Source: Octopus sinensis
Lineage: Eukaryota
DNA length: 9,759 nt
Assembly (NCBI RefSeq): GCF_006345805.1
Contig: NW_021827861.1
Span: forward strand, 1 to 9,759
Direction: 5' to 3'
Part shown: piece after piece, positions 8,277-9,759 of the stretch
How the letters are laid out: the number at the start of each line of letters is the position of its first letter
Position numbering within the stretch: the stretch's first letter is position 1
Translations under genes and position numbers: made by a program
Notes under the pieces: model-generated
Told to the model about the DNA's origin: nothing
The model's input: the letters and a program-made list of their open reading frames with translations, nothing else
Database searches by the model: none

Positions 8277-8668
8277 CCATTCACCCATTATCGTCGCAAG
8301 ACGTTTGAAGTGGTGCCGGTGTTGTTAGATTTCCACGTGTATAATTCTTTTTTAAAGAAGCGAGTAAAAAGATCTTCAACAGAGATTGGATGTAAAAGAT
8401 TTCCACTGTTTCAATGTATCAGCTGTATGAAGTCCATGACTAACACCTAAACAGAAGAGTGGAAATACAGATTGCCCAGTAGACTGTAGTTAAGCATTCT
8501 CTAGAAATGATACTCTTTAAGTATGGGAATTAGAAAGGAAGATATGGCTTCTTGTTGCTGTTGTACTAAGAAAGTCAATAAGCAGAAGGCGTGTGTGTGT
8601 GTGTGTGATACAAGGGGATACAGTGTACCATTCACCCATTATCGTCGCAAGACGTTTGAAGTGGTGCC
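8277..8668. repeat. Perfect 41-bp direct repeat (8277-8317, 8628-8668) flanking a 310-bp unrelated insert
   Basis: ccattcacccattatcgtcgcaagacgtttgaagtggtgcc occurs twice and is identical. Confidence 0.95.
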
Positions 8669-9759
8669 AGCAAGAGAGCCAGACCTCTACGTCCTGGTCG
8701 TCGTCAGTTTGTCACCAAAGTCGAGGGAATTCTATCGGCCATTCTCGGATCTAGGACAAGTGATTTTCGCGAAGCATCGATTTCTATATCCTGTTGTTGC
8801 TCCTACTAATGTGGTCTGCCACTCTCTTTCCTGTTCTTTCTTTCAAGTTCCTCCAACTGAAAACCTTCAAGCTGTTCTTTGGCATGTGTAACACCAGGCT
8901 TTCTGCGCCGCACCGCCATTCGGATAGGTTTTGTTTACATTCTGCGCCAGCGATTGACTACATCTCTGTGATGGCTCAGTTGTTTACAGGGATCATCAGG
9001 CTTGGCATCTGTTCCAACTCAATCACAGATTTTTAAAATTGTACTTGTACTTGTGGCGACACTCACCCTGGGCGGGTTGGGTCGGCTTCTTCTACTTATG
9101 GAAGAAGTTTCGTGGGAATATGTGGATTTCACAAGCGGTCCCCAACAATCCCGCATGTGGAGACATCCTGTTTGCCGCAGATTGTCCGCAGACGCAGGGA
9201 CAGAACGACAGAGGAGCCGCCGGTTGCCGAAGCAGACACTCCGAGGATTTTCACCAGAGCCCCGTCTGCCGGGTTGTGGCCCTAATACCAATCGGTGTCA
9301 GACCAATCCGCCTTGGGTGGCCCTATCAGGAACCGAAGTTCCCGACGGCATAGCTCTGACACTACCCGTTGCCAGCGTCCCCACCACGGTGAGGAGGGGA
9401 TGGACTTTGGGGACGCCCGGCTTGTCCTTGAACATCTCACTGAAATACAGGTAATTTTCAATCCCATTTGGTGTCTGCAACCTACAAATATGCTTTTGAA
9501 ACTGCTAGGACTGGAGAAAGAGACAGCGTCCATGGCCTTCGCACAATCTTTGAAACTGTAAATATTACGATGAAATACACAGTTAGGAAAGAAAGCGAAA
9601 GAGGTCCTGACATATCTGTCTCACGTATTTTGTTTTTCTTTACTGACAGCTGACCCACATAAATTTTTTAGAAGGCAACATTAGTAAAAGAATGACTGCA
9701 TTTTTGCAGCTTTCGTTATTGTTTACCTTAAGTGAAATTGTCATCGTTTTTCTGTGCTA

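Larger units (their letters stand above)
7735..9450 (+). mobile_element. Highly decayed RTE-clade LINE reverse transcriptase/C-terminal region, interrupted at 8035-8260 and 8318-8627
   Basis: Manual translation across frames gives motifs in RTE order: DLTTWFFSV (7778-7804, cf. DLTKAFDSV), LHD (7888-7896), GSYFLSPSVLDIILLD (~7920-7967, cf. GCVLSP.LF.I), FTHYRRKT..RE.DLY (8631-8690, cf. LFNLRRL.AKT..RELLYADD), KLY (9036-9044), YGR...FHKR (9097-9138), RLPKQTLRG (from 9221), then Y...QS...SD..(W)R. Each match is individually weak; the support comes from order and spacing. Confidence 0.6.

Noticed and set aside
8628-8900. Minus-strand peptide DQDVEVWL..FKRLATIMGEW resembling a Gypsy Gag motif, with an upstream Glu/Lys-rich stretch
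   Set aside because: No LTR, convincing PBS or downstream Gag continuation. The plus-strand RTE reading explains a much longer region in correct motif order.
9062-9456. GC-rich candidate host exon (donor-like CAG|GTAATT at 9450 on +; AGG|GTGAGT near 9068 on -)
   Set aside because: No frame is both open between plausible splice sites and recognisable, and the sequence fits a decayed LINE. It cannot be fully excluded without RNA-seq.
1-9759. CRISPR array or prokaryotic system
   Set aside because: No regularly spaced repeat-spacer array or operon-like ORFs; the sequence is animal repeat-rich DNA.

Overview
AT-rich, repeat-dense animal genomic DNA (intronic or intergenic). I recognise the SINE sequences as octopus-like from memory; this is not a database result. 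No host protein-coding exon is supportable, and the listed ORFs come from microsatellites, SINEs or decayed LINEs. The window holds about 11 tRNA-derived SINE copies of at least 4 families (several with target-site duplications, TSDs), a decayed R4/Dong-type LINE 3' fragment (CCHC + restriction-like endonuclease), and a decayed RTE-type LINE RT region interrupted by two younger insertions. The standout is a ~795-bp non-coding insertion (6622-7415) flanked by a 12-bp direct repeat. It consists of a 1.5-mer tandem of a ~361-bp unit plus an inverted copy, and it carries two minimal type I hammerhead ribozyme motifs. This fits a Penelope-like pLTR or retrozyme-type element. Also notable are a TSD-flanked chimeric SINE and a perfect 41-bp duplication around an orphan 310-bp insert.
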